A stretch of 62,000 nt of DNA, from positions 206,001 to 268,000 of the forward strand of contig NW_008806285.1 of the NCBI RefSeq assembly GCF_000400465.1. Reading direction: 5' to 3'. Both the position numbers and the translations under genes were made by a program. The notes under the pieces were generated by a model. It was given only the letters and a program-made list of their open reading frames with translations, was not told where the DNA came from and searched no databases. Origin of the DNA: Wallemia ichthyophaga EXF-994. Taxonomy: Eukaryota; Fungi; Basidiomycota. Shown piece by piece: positions 38,027-51,400 of this stretch; position 1 is the stretch's first letter; each line of letters opens with the position of its first letter.

Positions 38027-39306
38027 CTGGCCCGTGGTAAGTGATCAACGAGCATGCGGCTCAAAAGAAGCTACAATTTCAGCGCAGTGTGAGCTTTCAC
38101 AGTTTTCTAATTGCTTTGCATTTGCATCATCTGTAAGTTATCATCGCGCTGCTCGATAACGTATAATTACTCAATTCCAAGAATGTCAAACACATGTTTC
38201 ATTTACAACGCATGTGCATGTTTATAGTACACAATTATTTCCCATATGTATCCCGGTAAAATCTATCTAAGCATCTTTAAGCGTGAAGCTAATATTACAT
38301 CTTCTGTCTGCGGACTACCTCGTCTTAGTGGTGGAGGTTAGCAAGATCAAGTGATGATAGCAAACGTATTAGGAGTATCGCTCAAAGCGGACTTTAAACG
38401 GACTGCCAGGTCTTATTGAAGGTTAGAGAGAGGCAAACGAATGAGATAAAGCTTAATGGGAGTAGCGCAGACTATTTACATGGAAAGGTTATACCGGCCT
38501 TACTATAGCCCCAAGATGTTGTATCGCAAGGAGAAGAGGAAAGGAGTGTGGGCTGTTTAAATACCGTAGCGGCGACCGAGAATCACGTGGCTCGCGTTTT
38601 GTGTTTGTTATTGTGTTTTACGAACACAGCTACCCTCGTTCCCAGTCAAGCATCTAACGGCGTAGACACAATTATTAGATGGCTATGACTGGTGATATAG
38701 ATGAATATCAAGTAGCTCGATACTGCGTTTCTGATGGCTTTAAAGGTATATCGGAGTGATTCAGCAGCTTTGAAGATTTAGATATTAGTATTATACGACT
38801 TTCCGTGCATGCTCGACCATTTGCGGTTTGAGTTGAGTAGAAACAATTAGATTGGGAGATAAACAAGATCGAGAGCAGCGTAAGATATTCAGTAGGACAC
38901 TCAAGTCACCCTCACTCAGTCTTTCACAGGGTGCCTTGAGCATATTTAATTCAGCACAATAACTTATACTATTGAAATTTTCCACAAGTACTAGAAATAG
39001 GTATGCAAATCACACTGCCATCCATTAAACACACCTTGATGTCATCAGAAATGTAGATACAAGTACCAGATTGAACCTTTGTGGGTGGCGACAGAATAAA
39101 TCACTTTAGTGATATATCCAAGCGCTCATTAATGTACTAAAAAGGTGTGATAAAATCCTTAATTACCGTAATTCTGTAACAGACCGGAGGTAACAATGAA
39201 GGTCAAGAATGTCCGATTGAATCTGAACAAAGAACAATGGACACTTTAAAGTCAACATAAATTTATTATTGTTACAACGATGTGATTTTAAATAAAATAA
39301 TATAAT

Positions 39307-42300
39307 TTAGCAATCACTCAATGCTGATGAAGAGGTAGGAGAACCACTGGTTTCTCGTCTCATTCTTGCTTCAAGCAGTTTGCGCGTACGTGGAGCGACA
39401 GCGGCACCCCTTCTGCGTGGAGGGCCTTCTTCTAAATCATCCGAGTTGACTCTCGAGCTCCAAGACGTTGTCAGGATATCGTCGACTTTTGCGAGTGCTT
39501 TATCTGAATCCTCTTGGGAATGTGAATAAGGCTGATCTGAATACTTTGATTCATTTTGGCCTTTACCAATAAAGTTATACTTATGGTTCCCGCTGTCATA
39601 GCTGTCATACATCGGTGACGGTAATGCTTCACCGTTGACTGTATTGATTCCAAGTGATCCCATACCAGTTGATTGTCTCATCGATGGCAGTCTCATGAGG
39701 TAGTTCTTCATTGTAGACGATCTCGCTAATTCTGGTGTAGCCTCGATTGTTGGCAGGAAGTCTGACGAAGCAGGTGACTTTAATTTAGGTGAAGCGACTT
39801 CAGATCCCTTGAAGGCATTAGACATTGGCGATCTAAAGTCTTCATCTGTATGTTTTGAAGGTGAGTTGTTCTCCCCGCTATATGGAGATGTGAAGTGTTC
39901 GTCGCTTTGAGGAGACACTGCAATGTCGGACTTATCCACAACAGGCGGAGCTGAGGAGTCCATTCTACTGTTTTCAATGTTCTTCCAATCGTCAACAACC
40001 ATTTGCTGCTGCTCTACATTATTATTCACGTGTTGTGCATTCTCTTCCATCAAGGCAGATGTTGTCATTTGAGAAGCTCTGTATCTTGTACTGGTAGACA
40101 TGGCACTCCTACGCGTTTTGTATCTACGCACTTTAGACCTTGTTGATGAACCTCCAATTGAGTCATTCCTCGACGATTCATTCGAAGCATCGTTGCTCCT
40201 ACCTATGTTGATTATTCCATCGTCCTCATATGTTTCATCCTCATAAAACACTGTTGATCCACTACCTTCACTCCATGTCTCTATCTCTTGTCCGATCGAT
40301 TCATCCTCATTCTCATTTTCTTCCGGTTTCTGTTGATCCTTTTCTTTACTCTGCATGTTTGGTTGAATACTCAAAGCAGCTCCAAATGATTGCGGTGGCT
40401 CTTGTTTAGCGTTTGCTTGGAAGATCATTTCGGACCTAACAGCCTGTGGCGGAGGAGAGCGTAAAGTTTCAGGAAGGCTCTGCCAATCTGGTACTGGTGG
40501 AGGACTGACGACTTTGGGAGGTGAACTGACTGCATTTGGTGGAGGCGACACTACCCGTGGGACTTGAGCTTCAAGTGACCAAGAGGGTGGATGCACTTTC
40601 TTGCCAGCAAGTGGAGGTGATGGCAAGAATGGCAACTGAGCTAGTTCTGCGTCTTCAGGCAAAGGAGATGCCACCTGCGGCTCAGGCGACAGACCAGGTG
40701 GCGTCAACTGTGATTCATTTTGCTTCATTGCAGTATGGATACTACTATCAGCTCCATTTTTGTCGTCTTGGCCCTTGACAAATGGAGTGATAGCCATCTC
40801 ACGAAGTCTGGCAGCTTCGTCGTTGAACTCATCGCGAATGTTGTTCATGTCTTTGACGGTGTAGAACTTAGATTGACCAGCTATTTTTTCGGTGAACGGT
40901 CCATCGTCAACCTCCTCACTCTTGTCGCTCCTGGCTAATTCCGCGAAGTTTGGACTGAGAGGAACAGGAGATCTTGCCAACTTTTCAAGCAAAGGGGAGT
41001 GAGGTGACTTGAAATATGTAAGCGTGCATTGCAAGTTTTATTATGTCTTACCTTTTCTTTGCTCCTCGCAGACTTTTCAGGGTACTGCTGATTGCCAATG
41101 TCAAAATTTTCATTGACAACAGCGTTCATGGTTATAGGAGATGAGAAGCTGATTCTATCTTTCAGATCTTTGCTCTTGGATTTAGATAATTTAAACTTTT
41201 TGCTCCGTTTAGCGTGTCTGTCGGGTGATTTTGGCAACGGTGGGGGCGGCGAATCCATCTTTTTGGTGTCCTTAGCATCTTTAGTGCCCTCAGCGGTTGA
41301 ATTTGAGTCCGATTTGAGCTGTTCGTAGGAGATTGGAACTGGTGACTGTAAATCCTTGCTGATTGGAGTTAAGACATTGTCCACAGGTGACTTTGTTTGC
41401 TTAACATCTTCCATTTCAATCTCTCTTGGAGCATTGGCGGGAACAATAGAGTTTCTAAGCCATCCAGCAGCAGCAGGAGTTGGTTCACGCTTTGGTGGGT
41501 GGAAAGCCGTTTTGATAGCTTGGCTAAAGTCACCCCAAGGCGTTGAGCTGCGAAGCGGTGGCGAAAATGCAGATGGGATGTAATTGCTTTCGTCATTATC
41601 CACTATCTGTTGAGCATTCTTGTCCGATGTCTTACGCTGTCTGATTTGCGCGTCGCGGGCATTGTCAATCTGAGGAGAAGGTCTCTGCGAAAATATCTTG
41701 TTACCAATGACGCCAGATTTGTAGCGTTCACCATCTAAAGCCGACTTCATTGCATTGGCGTAAAATGCCATTGAGCCTGAGTTGTGATTCTTGCTATCTG
41801 ACATTTCGTCCAGTCTGCGATCGACGTCATAAGAAGAGGCATCTTGGAAACCCTCAGGCAATGGGGACTTTAGAATTTGATCCGTGATTTCGCTAGGAGG
41901 CTGGAATGATGAGTTTGTACGCTGGAAGACTGGCCTTGGTGATTGCTTTGGAGTGTTATTGTTTGAGGGCCATTTCCAAGGCTCATTGCGGAAAGAAGGA
42001 GAGGCAAGTCCAGAAGGTTGATAGCCCCAAGGCCTTTCAGCTCTTTCCTCTGGAGGGTTTGAGAAAGGCAGCGCATTTGGAGACATCATCTGAGCATCGT
42101 CGTCCGTTTGCCAGCTTGAATGACGGGGCTCTTCATCTAAATGACCTTCTGAGGTCTTGATAGCAGCTGGTTTGTCTATCTCCGAGATAGAGTCTGAAGA
42201 CCCATTCTCCATCGAGATTTGACGCTCTTTGGCGAGCCGACTGCGACGACGTTTGCGATAAATGAGACCCATGATAGTGAAGGCTGCGACCAAGCCACTA

Positions 42301-43071
42301 ATAATAAAAATGGGAGAGAGATATGCAACTTTGAAATCAGTGGAGCTGGAGTCGGAGATGGATTGCTGAGCATCTTCTGCGTTGTTGGTTGAAGGAGGGC
42401 TAGGTTGGACATCGTCGGTAGACTGGTCAATATCTTCGTCTTGGTTATTGTCTTGCTCTTGCAGCTCTTCTGGTTCATCGTTGATCTGGTCTATCGCCGA
42501 ATCGATGTCATCATTTGGCTGGTTGTCTTGATTTTCTTGATTCGACTCGGCATCGTCATCATTTGGAGACTAAAATTGGTTAGGATGACCCGAAAAAGCT
42601 TAGTGACTCACAGAGGAGGACTCCTGGTCGTCAGGTGCGGGATTGTCTTCGATATTTGAAGAATCCATATCATTCGGGAGTTGTAGAGGCGGACTAGTGG
42701 AACCACGGGTGTCGTCTAGACTACCAATGCCATGATAAGTACCGTCGTTGTATTTTTGACGCTTTTGTAAAGTGTGCTGACAGTTGTTATCCATATTGTG
42801 TACACAGCCAACGACCAAATTAACGTCGTCGTTGACTGCAGAGAAGTTTGAACGCGTTTTATCCAGTGTGTTCCTAATTGCTGGTTAGGTTTCTGACAAG
42901 ACATTTCTCTCTCACTCACAAATGAGCGTCTTGCTTATAAAAGTGGGGCTGTATGACCTCTGGGTCTTTAATCAAAGCTTGTCTGTTGAATGGGGGCACG
43001 ATGAAAGCGTGATTGAGAGTAAAGAGTGTGAATGTAGTTATAAAGGAGTTCAAATCCTTTATAAATTTCAA
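39307..43071 (-). CDS. Large single-pass membrane protein of unknown function (acidic N-terminal region, TM helix, long Ser/Pro-rich tail)
   Basis: ORFs 42600-42818, ~42560-41045 and 39307-41034 joined by GT-AG introns; TM segment YLSPIFIISGLVAAFTIMGLIY followed by RKRRRSR; start uncertain (TTG 43071 or ATG 42794). Confidence 0.7.
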
Positions 43072-43955
43072 TCGAGATGGTTCTTTATCAAGTAAATATT
43101 GAAATCGCGTTTTCGGATAGACGCGCTAAATAAAATACCTTCCTTATTAAGACGTGTGTAAGATCCTGTTTAATTTAACACTCGGATATGGCAATTTACT
43201 TTGTAAGACATTCATCGGCGTACACTGCTGCTACACTGTTGCTATTCCGCGTTTGTCAAAATTTGCACCTAGACTTTGCTAGCTGAAATCCTTGTCTTGT
43301 TGAGCGACTGGGATGTAAAGTAGTATAACGATGTTATAATCATATATAAGCCGCCATCAACTGCCTATATCGCGTTATTTAGAAAAGCCTGCGTATGTTA
43401 GTAGTCACCTGGTAGACTAGTATAGCGAACCAGCCGTTGAGGAACAATGAGTACATCTTGAAATTGAAAGAATCGTCATTTGAGAATAGCTTGATTGGAT
43501 AAAACAAGAGCAGATTGAATAGGCTATGTAGGAGCACTAATATCTGTATCAGGGGTACTGTGACCGTGATTAAGATGATAACGTTAATCTTATCATTCGG
43601 TCTGTTTAGCCGGAGTGAGAATAGCCTGTACCTCGCTTCCGCGCTAGCTCACTCGATTCCATTCGCAGCAAGGGCTCCTCCCATCATGTCGAAAAAGAAT
43701 TTGCGGTAGACGAGTCCCCCTTGCACGATTCAATAAGCATTTTAACTCTAAGCATTTCGGCTTTACTGACAGAGGCATGCGTAACAGACGTCTGAAGCGG
43801 TTATCAAAACAGAACAGCACACGGAAGCAACTCACAAGTAGTTGCCACCAGGGCAAACAGGCGGCAGACATCAATGCTGACTTTAGCATCGACAGCGACT
43901 TTCATTCTGTGCTAGTCCACGTGGTCGTTCCTCACAGACAGCGAGATCGATCGAG

Positions 43956-44633
43956 ATGAAAGTTATCTACTACGCAATAAGGTAGATAATACATCAGTAA
44001 AGTACTCAAAAGCATCTGCTAACGTTGTCTAGCTTTTTCATGCTTGTTATTTCCGCTGCATCCACGCTGAGCGGCTTATTTAAGGTGTCGTGGGTTTTCA
44101 AACGCTCTGTGAACAACATAGGGCTGTTCAGAATCTGTTACGATAAATTAGGCGTGCAAGAATGTCAGAGATTCCCTAATCAAGGCACTTGCGACGAACT
44201 TGGTGAAGCGTTCTGCACAGTGTGGTCCTCCGCAGGCTACACCATACAATTATCCTTTATATTTCTCGTCCCTTGTCTTTGTGCGATTACGCTCATCGCT
44301 TGTATCGGTCGCAAGGGCGGCAAGAAACGTCGTGAAGGGTGGAGATTGATGACATGCTTAATGGTTCTGTATTCCTCGCTTCAGCTCTTCACCGTCATAA
44401 CCGTGGCTGTCTTCAGCAAGACTAAGAATCTCGGCCACCTAGGCACTGGATTCTACATGACGCTCGTCGCTGTTTTACTTTCTTTCACGGCATGCTTCAT
44501 TCAGATCATAGCCGGATTCTCAGCTTCACGTAATTATGCATGGGCTAAAGAAGAGAAAGATTACTGGTTCACTGGACGCAGGTCAAGTAGTCTTACTGCA
44601 GATGAACACACGCCATTGATCAGCCACGGTTGA
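43956..44633 (+). CDS. Four-TM claudin/SUR7-PalI-like membrane protein
   Basis: MKVIYYAIS|FFMLVISAA; W..IGLFRIC..C..C extracellular motif; four hydrophobic segments. Confidence 0.65.
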
Positions 44634-44650
44634 GGCGTGTGGTGCTGTAA

Positions 44651-45392
44651 TTAGCTGTGAATGATTTCCCCTCTGTTGTTTTCGACTTTGCTAAAGTACT
44701 GGGGTGACAATGTGTTTTCTATTCCACTTGTGAGTATAACACCGTTCAAGGATTTGTACAGTTTGATGTCATCTGGGTGGGAGTGAGTTTAAGTGTACAT
44801 CGCAGCAAGCAACAAACCTCTAAGAACTTTGCCAACGTCAACGTATATGAAGACTGTCGAAGAATTACGCATTCCGCTCACAACTCCGGCCTCTTTGGGC
44901 ATACCAGCAGCCAGATGAATGTACTGCCTCCCCATTGTCTTGAGGCCACTGACCTTTATGCTACTCCAAGCATCATCGTTTGTGCCGTGTATCACGACAG
45001 GTGCCTCATCTGTGCTCAATATCTGAGATAACTCCAACTGTGTCGTGTCTAAGGAGTGGCCCTGAACGGCCCTTATAAACCAAACACCAGACTCTGACAC
45101 CAGCTGGTAACGCTTTTTGTCGTTGTTCAAGACTAGTTGCTGCAACAGCTCGAAATCCAGTCCGCGCAATTTAGGCCTGCTTAGCTGTAAAGACTAATTA
45201 GAACGGACGGCTGGATGCGCACCACCCACGCACCAAATCATCCACCCTGATAAAGCCATCATTTCTCATTTCCAGTCCCTCCTTGATGGCACCATGCCTC
45301 AGAATATACGACAGCGTTTTCGAGTAGCGCACTTCTGGGGAATCTGTGGGCCTGCCTCTAGCGTTCTTTGGTGGCTGCTTTGGGTCCATCAT
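44651..45392 (-). CDS. TPT1: tRNA 2'-phosphotransferase
   Basis: SKTLSYILRHGA, NDKKRYQL, IRAVQGHS, HGT, GLKTMGRQYIHLA, SGMR, SLNGVILTSG. Confidence 0.95.
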
Positions 45393-45471
45393 ATCATTTA
45401 ATTTTCTGAAGTTTTTACGTCGAGCCCCGCCTTCGCTTGCTTCTTCAAAGGTCTTTTAGGATATAATCAGG

Positions 45472-46135
45472 ATGAGCGTAAGATCTAAAATTTAAGCAGT
45501 AGGCGTAGTACTGAGAAATGCAATCAGTTAAGATTATTCAACCCACGCGTTATCAGCCGAGCTGCACTGCCGTAAGACGAGCCACAGCTGGCTTCTCTTT
45601 TCAATTAACCTCAGTTTTAGTTCAACAAGCCGCACTTTTATTCCTTCAATACGTAGACTGCAGGACTCTAGCAGCGATGCACCCGCCAACCCAAAGCTCG
45701 AGTCGATCGTCGATCAAATAGCATCACTTAACTTGGTTGAAGCTGCTGATTTGGCTCAATTGTTGAAGGTACATGGCTGTGCCTACAATTTTACGCCTAC
45801 TAACACCCAAGCAGACCAAATTGAACATCCAAGACGTCGCCATGCCTGCTGTTGCCGCTGCACCTGCTGCCTCTGCCGACGCCGCTGCTGAGGCCGAAGA
45901 GGACAAGCCAAAGGAGAAGACTATATTCTCAGTCAAGCTGGAATCTATTGATCAGACCGCTAAAGCAAAGGTTATCAAGGAAGTCAAGGCTTTGAATCCA
46001 ACCATGAACTTGGTCGAGGCAAAGAAGTTCGTTGAAAGCGCACCACAAGTTCTTAAGGAGGGTTTGACAAAGGAGGATGCTGAGAAGCTTCAAAAGGCAC
46101 TTGAAGCCGCAGGTGCAAAGATTGTCCTTGAGTAG
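45472..46135 (+). CDS. MRPL12: Mitochondrial ribosomal protein L7/L12 (bL12m)
   Basis: Spliced MSLRLFNPRVISRAALPSTSR presequence; IVDQIASLNLVEAADL; KVIKEVKAL..NLVEAKKFVESAP. Confidence 0.93.
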
Positions 46136-46185
46136 ACAATAAGTAGACAATGTATAAATTTCATTTCCTTCTTACTATTACTACA

Positions 46186-48003
46186 TTACTTCTCTTTAGC
46201 CACCTCTCTCACGCTCTCTTTGAATATTTTACATCCCAGCTCCATTTCGTCCTTTGTGATGGTCAGTGGTGGGATGAATCTGATAACATCAAATGCAGAT
46301 GTCGTGAGCAGCATCAGTCCCTTTTCCAAGCACCTCTTCTGCACTCTGCCGCCGACGTTGTTTGGTGTCGCATTGCTTATGCTAGCATTTGGGATTGGAT
46401 GCTTTGATGAGCTGACAAACTCGACGCCGATCATCAAACCCAATCCACGGACTTTTTAGGTATTTAAATAAGCGCGTTGAGTGAGAATCTTACTCACCAT
46501 CAGCAAACAAGTGCTTTGTCTCACTATCAGTCTGCAGTTCCTTCAAAGCAGCCAGCAACTCAGCTGAACGAGCCTTCACGTTGTCGAGTATCTTCTCTTC
46601 TCTCATGATGTTAGCACACTCAACTCCAGCTGCACATGAGATGGCGTTTCCTGAGTATGTTCCACCCAATGAACCCTGTAGCGTGTGTCAGAGTCAGCCT
46701 ATTGCACTGATTCGATGAGACACACCTTTGGCATTTTGTCGGTAAGCTCCTTGCGAGTCACAACGCCTGAGAGCGGGAAGCCGTTTGCAATTCCCTTGGC
46801 TATGACGAGGATATCTGGACGGACACCGGAGTACTCTGAGGCAAAGTATTTACCAGTACGACCGAAACCACTCTGCACTTCGTCACTGATAGTATTGTGA
46901 GCATACTTTTACTGTGTACTGCGAATACGCACATGATAAGCATGATATTGTTATCGTCGCAAATTTGACGCAGACCATGGAGATATGAAGAAGGAGCTGG
47001 GACGTAGCCTCTGTAAAGCATTATAATGAGCTTGTGTTGTGATGTAACTCTCGAAAACTCACCCCTCTCCAATGACCGGCTCGAGAATAATAGCAGCGGT
47101 ATCAGCAGGCGCGCTCTGCTGGGCAAGGAGCATCTCGAGCTGGAATAGACATTGCTTGACAAGTTCGTCTTCGGGTGTGGATTGTGGGAGACCCATTTGG
47201 TGTGCGTAAGGGAATGGTGTTGCGAAAATACCAGGCTGCGTGGTCTCAGTGAGGTACATCTCGTGTTAGACGACGCAAACTCACCATGCCGTGGCCAACT
47301 TGCTCTGCATAGATGGTCTTGGACTTGGTAAGTGCGGATGCACCGTACGTACGTCTGTCGAGTGTTAGATAAGTAACCAGCTGCATTCGACCAACACACC
47401 CGTGATAAGATCCTTGCATACAGATAATGTTGCCGTGCGTCTTTCCAGACGACTTTCTTGCGATCTTGACTGCATTTTCTACAGCTTCACTGCCAGAGTT
47501 GAGCTTGAGAAATATGAGCTCATTGAAGAGATAAGAAGCGGCGACTAACGAAGAAGAATGAGTCGAGCGAAGGATGTGGCATGACTGGGAGTAATTTCTC
47601 AATGAGCTGTACACTAGCGCAGCGTTAGAGGTGAAGCTGTTGCCGTCAGTACCGGCAAACCCACTATGGACGGTGGAATCCAATGCTGCACTGGCCGTGT
47701 ACGAGCGTGGCTACCTGCTCTTGTGCAGCCTTGGTGACACGTGGGTGGCAGTGGCCGAGGTTCGTCACGCCTGATATCACATTAAGTGGGCGAACGATAA
47801 GATAAGACAGACGCACCAATACCACAGGTAAAGTCGAGATACTTGGTCTCATTCTGGGCCACATCGTCAGCGCCACTATACCATTTATGCCGCTAACATA
47901 CAGTGTGAAGCCAGCTGCCTTCTCCCTTCTCAATCATATGGTCTTTAATACGGCCACAGCCGCTGGCAACATGCTTTTGTCCAGTTTTAATCAAATCAGT
48001 CAT
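46186..48003 (-). CDS. Class III PLP-dependent aminotransferase (GABA-AT/GabT-PuuE-like)
   Basis: [86 protein letters not shown]. Confidence 0.9.
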
Positions 48004-48449
48004 CGTTTCTGTTCAACACTCAAATCCTTGCGTGGTTCTTATTGCCTTCTAAGCGAGCAAATTAAGCGATGAGCCTGATTTACTAGCTTAGCGATACATC
48101 TTACCGATAAATTTACCGATAGGGCAGTAGTGATGATGTTAAATATCCGCTGGAACTATTCACGTGTACAAGAGCCGCGAGTGACTGTTTGTTGTGGTAA
48201 CCGGAGAAGCCATCCTCCTTCTTTTCTTATGTTGCATAGTAAATCTTACAGATGCTTATTAGAGTTTATATACCTTCCCTATCACTCCTCCCAATCTTCC
48301 TGATTTGAGCTTGCGTCAAAAATTGCGTCGGTCAAGACTTGGCTTCAGCGAGATGGCGTCGACCAAGTGATGCACGACTATGATCTTATTATTTATATTG
48401 TACTCTTAACATTTAAATACATTCGTTAGCTTTTATTTTACAACCAAGT

Positions 48450-51400
48450 TTATATATGATGTTTGTTGCTCGAGCGTATACTCTGTCCTAGCTTGCTGTC
48501 TTTGAAGTTCCATTCTTTGTCTATCTTCAGAAAGTCATCTTCAAGCAACTGTGATGCTGTTGGCCGCTCGCGCGGTTCAGCCTTGAAGCACGTGTCCTTG
48601 AATCTCACAGCGCTCTCACTCATCTTGATGCTCTCTTTAACTGGGGGTGCTGATCGTTTTTGTCCAACCTAAAAGGGTTAAACGAGTACTGAATGTCATG
48701 TTCAACTCACCTCCATCACTATCTGCACCATCGTCATCTTGGGCCATGGTCTTTCAGCCGTAAACATTTCCAGGAAAACACATCCCAAACTCCATATGTC
48801 GCACTTAGCTGAGTACCCAGTCATTCCAACTGAGTCTATTACTTCAGGCTGCACTGACATTAGCATTACGCTCGGATAATTATCACTTATCACTCACAGC
48901 CATCCAGTAGAAGGTCCCCTTCATGTTAGTGGCTCCGGCATTTGTACCATACGCATCAGAATCTGTTTATTTGTCAATCCTGCAATACACTACACTCGCC
49001 ACTCACCAGCAGCTTTAGAAACACCAAAGTCGGAAATTTTGCAGTTGCCCTCGAAATCGACGAGCAAATTATCCGCTTTGAGATCCCTGTGCCACACACC
49101 GCTATCATGAAGGTAAACTAGACCGTCCAACACCTGCTTCATGAAGAATCTAACCAAATTTTCTTCAAACGGACCGTGTCTCCTAAGACAGCGCATAACA
49201 GAGCCACCAGGAACATATTCAAGGAAGCTGTGCGAGGGGAGTTGGTTATAATAAAGCATTTCAACTACATTTACTCACATTGAAAAGTACTTTTCCGTTC
49301 TCTCGAAGCCTAAATAACTGACGATTCGATCATGATCGAGATCCTTGAGCAACTCAATCTCATACTTAATACTATCAACTAATTTGTTATCACCATCGTT
49401 TTCTTCTTCAGAATGAGCAGTCAAAGCAACCTGCTTTACAGCTAGCGGTTCACCAGTGTTGGCGTTGAGTGCCAGATACACATGACCGAACGATCCTTTC
49501 CCGATAAGGTCACCTTTGACCCACTTTATCGTAGATGGCTCATCTGTTACCGGTGAGAGGATATGATATTCTTTTTCCCTTTCATTCGGCTGGACCTGCA
49601 CAACTTTATTACCCCAGAACACCGTCGAGCGACGCCTCAACCCGTTCTTATCGTCTGCACTGTGTGCCTTTCTAATTGGAATGTTCTGATCTGGATTTGC
49701 TAAGTTTTCCTCTGAACTTAGCATCTTCTGCTCTTTCTGCTCTAAAGTTGGTTGCTCCAATTGGCTCTGATCTGTCTCATCTTCTCTTTGCCTGTATTTG
49801 GCGTTGGCATCTTGGAGATCTTTCATGGTATCTTCTCTCGCAATCTCAGCTGGTTCTTCATAGATAACTGATGAACGGTCGTTCGATTGATAGGAAGCGT
49901 CATCACCGACCCTGAACGACCTCGCTCTGTCCAATGCTTTGCGATGATCTTGAGCTACGTGTCTAATAGTTCTCGTCCTACGCATTCTCGAAGGAAGAGC
50001 TGTATGGCTAACGTTCTTGGGTATTTCTTTCTCCTTGACATTCTCGTTTTTCTCGTTATTTTGATTATTCTCACGCTTAGTGTTGTTTTTCTCATTTGTT
50101 GGTGAAAATTGCATCCTTGACTCCAATGTAGCACTTTCATCACCATTGTTCGACACTATAGGTCTGTCTAGATCATGTCCAGGGAAATACAGCTCCAAAT
50201 TATCAATCAAATCTTCCGGATTAGGTCTGAACAGAGCATTCTCATTTCGTTTGTCCCGAATACTTGAACCTCTATTCAATCTCCTTCTGTTCAGCAAGTG
50301 AGGTGATATTTTATTCGAACGCAATTGAGTTTGGGCAGGTGAACCTGAATCAGAAGCTGAAGTTGCAGTCGCTGTTGTAGTCTGCGGTTCGGAAGTAATT
50401 GTATTATTTTCTGGTATAATTAATTGTAATTTTCTTTTGTCTTGCTTTGAGGCATGAGTATCAGATCCACTAAGATACTCCGTGGTCGATTTAGGAGGCC
50501 TTTGCCAAGTAGCCACTCCTTCATCATCACTGTAGCTCTCTTCATTTTTATCATCTTTAATTGTTTCCGATGACAATGACTTTTGCGGCTGCTCATCTAC
50601 TATACTCCCTCTGCCAGGTATGATGGTTGCCATTTCTGGCGAAGTTGGTGTGACATTATGCCATGATTTCGTTGCAGTGTTTTGCTGATCCGCAGGCTTA
50701 ATCTTCCAGCCAAACTCATCGTCGTCATCATCAGTTGCTGATGAATAGTCCTCACCTGATGCCATCATACCATTGTCTGACTCAGCGCCATCAGGCTGTC
50801 TAGCGTGCGTGTTCGTTCCATCATCCAGTAAAAACTCCTGATCATCTTCAGCCGTAAACCTATCCTGACTATTCAAATCTGACGCTGGAGTCAACGGATC
50901 AACACTCGCTGTAGAAGACCTATTGGAAGATGAAGTGTGCTCATCAGGTATACTAGATACAGAGCTGTGCTGGTTGTGTTGGTGTGGTCTAGTATGCGAT
51001 GAGTTAGTTACAGACTGCGGCGAGATTGCATCGTTGGTTGGAATGTTCCCGTTCGCAGAAGGTGAAAAAAGTAATGTAGATTCCTCGCGTCCAAATCTAT
51101 CAATTGTAAAATCGTCATACTTGGCGTAAAAACCTTGATTTCCAGGTTTTGGCGTCGGCATGTTAGAAGGTTGTGGCATGCCGTCACTGGATACTGGCGT
51201 TACAAGTGTTGAGCGCGATTGCTGGTCTGAGGTTGGGCTTTGGTGCTTCGATGGAAGACTGCTGGTGCTCCACCCCGGTGATGCCAGTCTAGCTGAGTTT
51301 GGTGGGGATGCGTATGGTGGGGATGCGTATGGTGGGGATACGTATGGCTGTTGAGGGGGTGCGTTGTTCCTATACTGCTGCTGGTCGATTTGCTGATTCA

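Noticed and set aside
46186-48003. Bacterial-like GabT aminotransferase as a recent horizontal transfer
   Set aside because: The gene has many host-type introns and ordinary composition; nothing in the sequence indicates recent transfer
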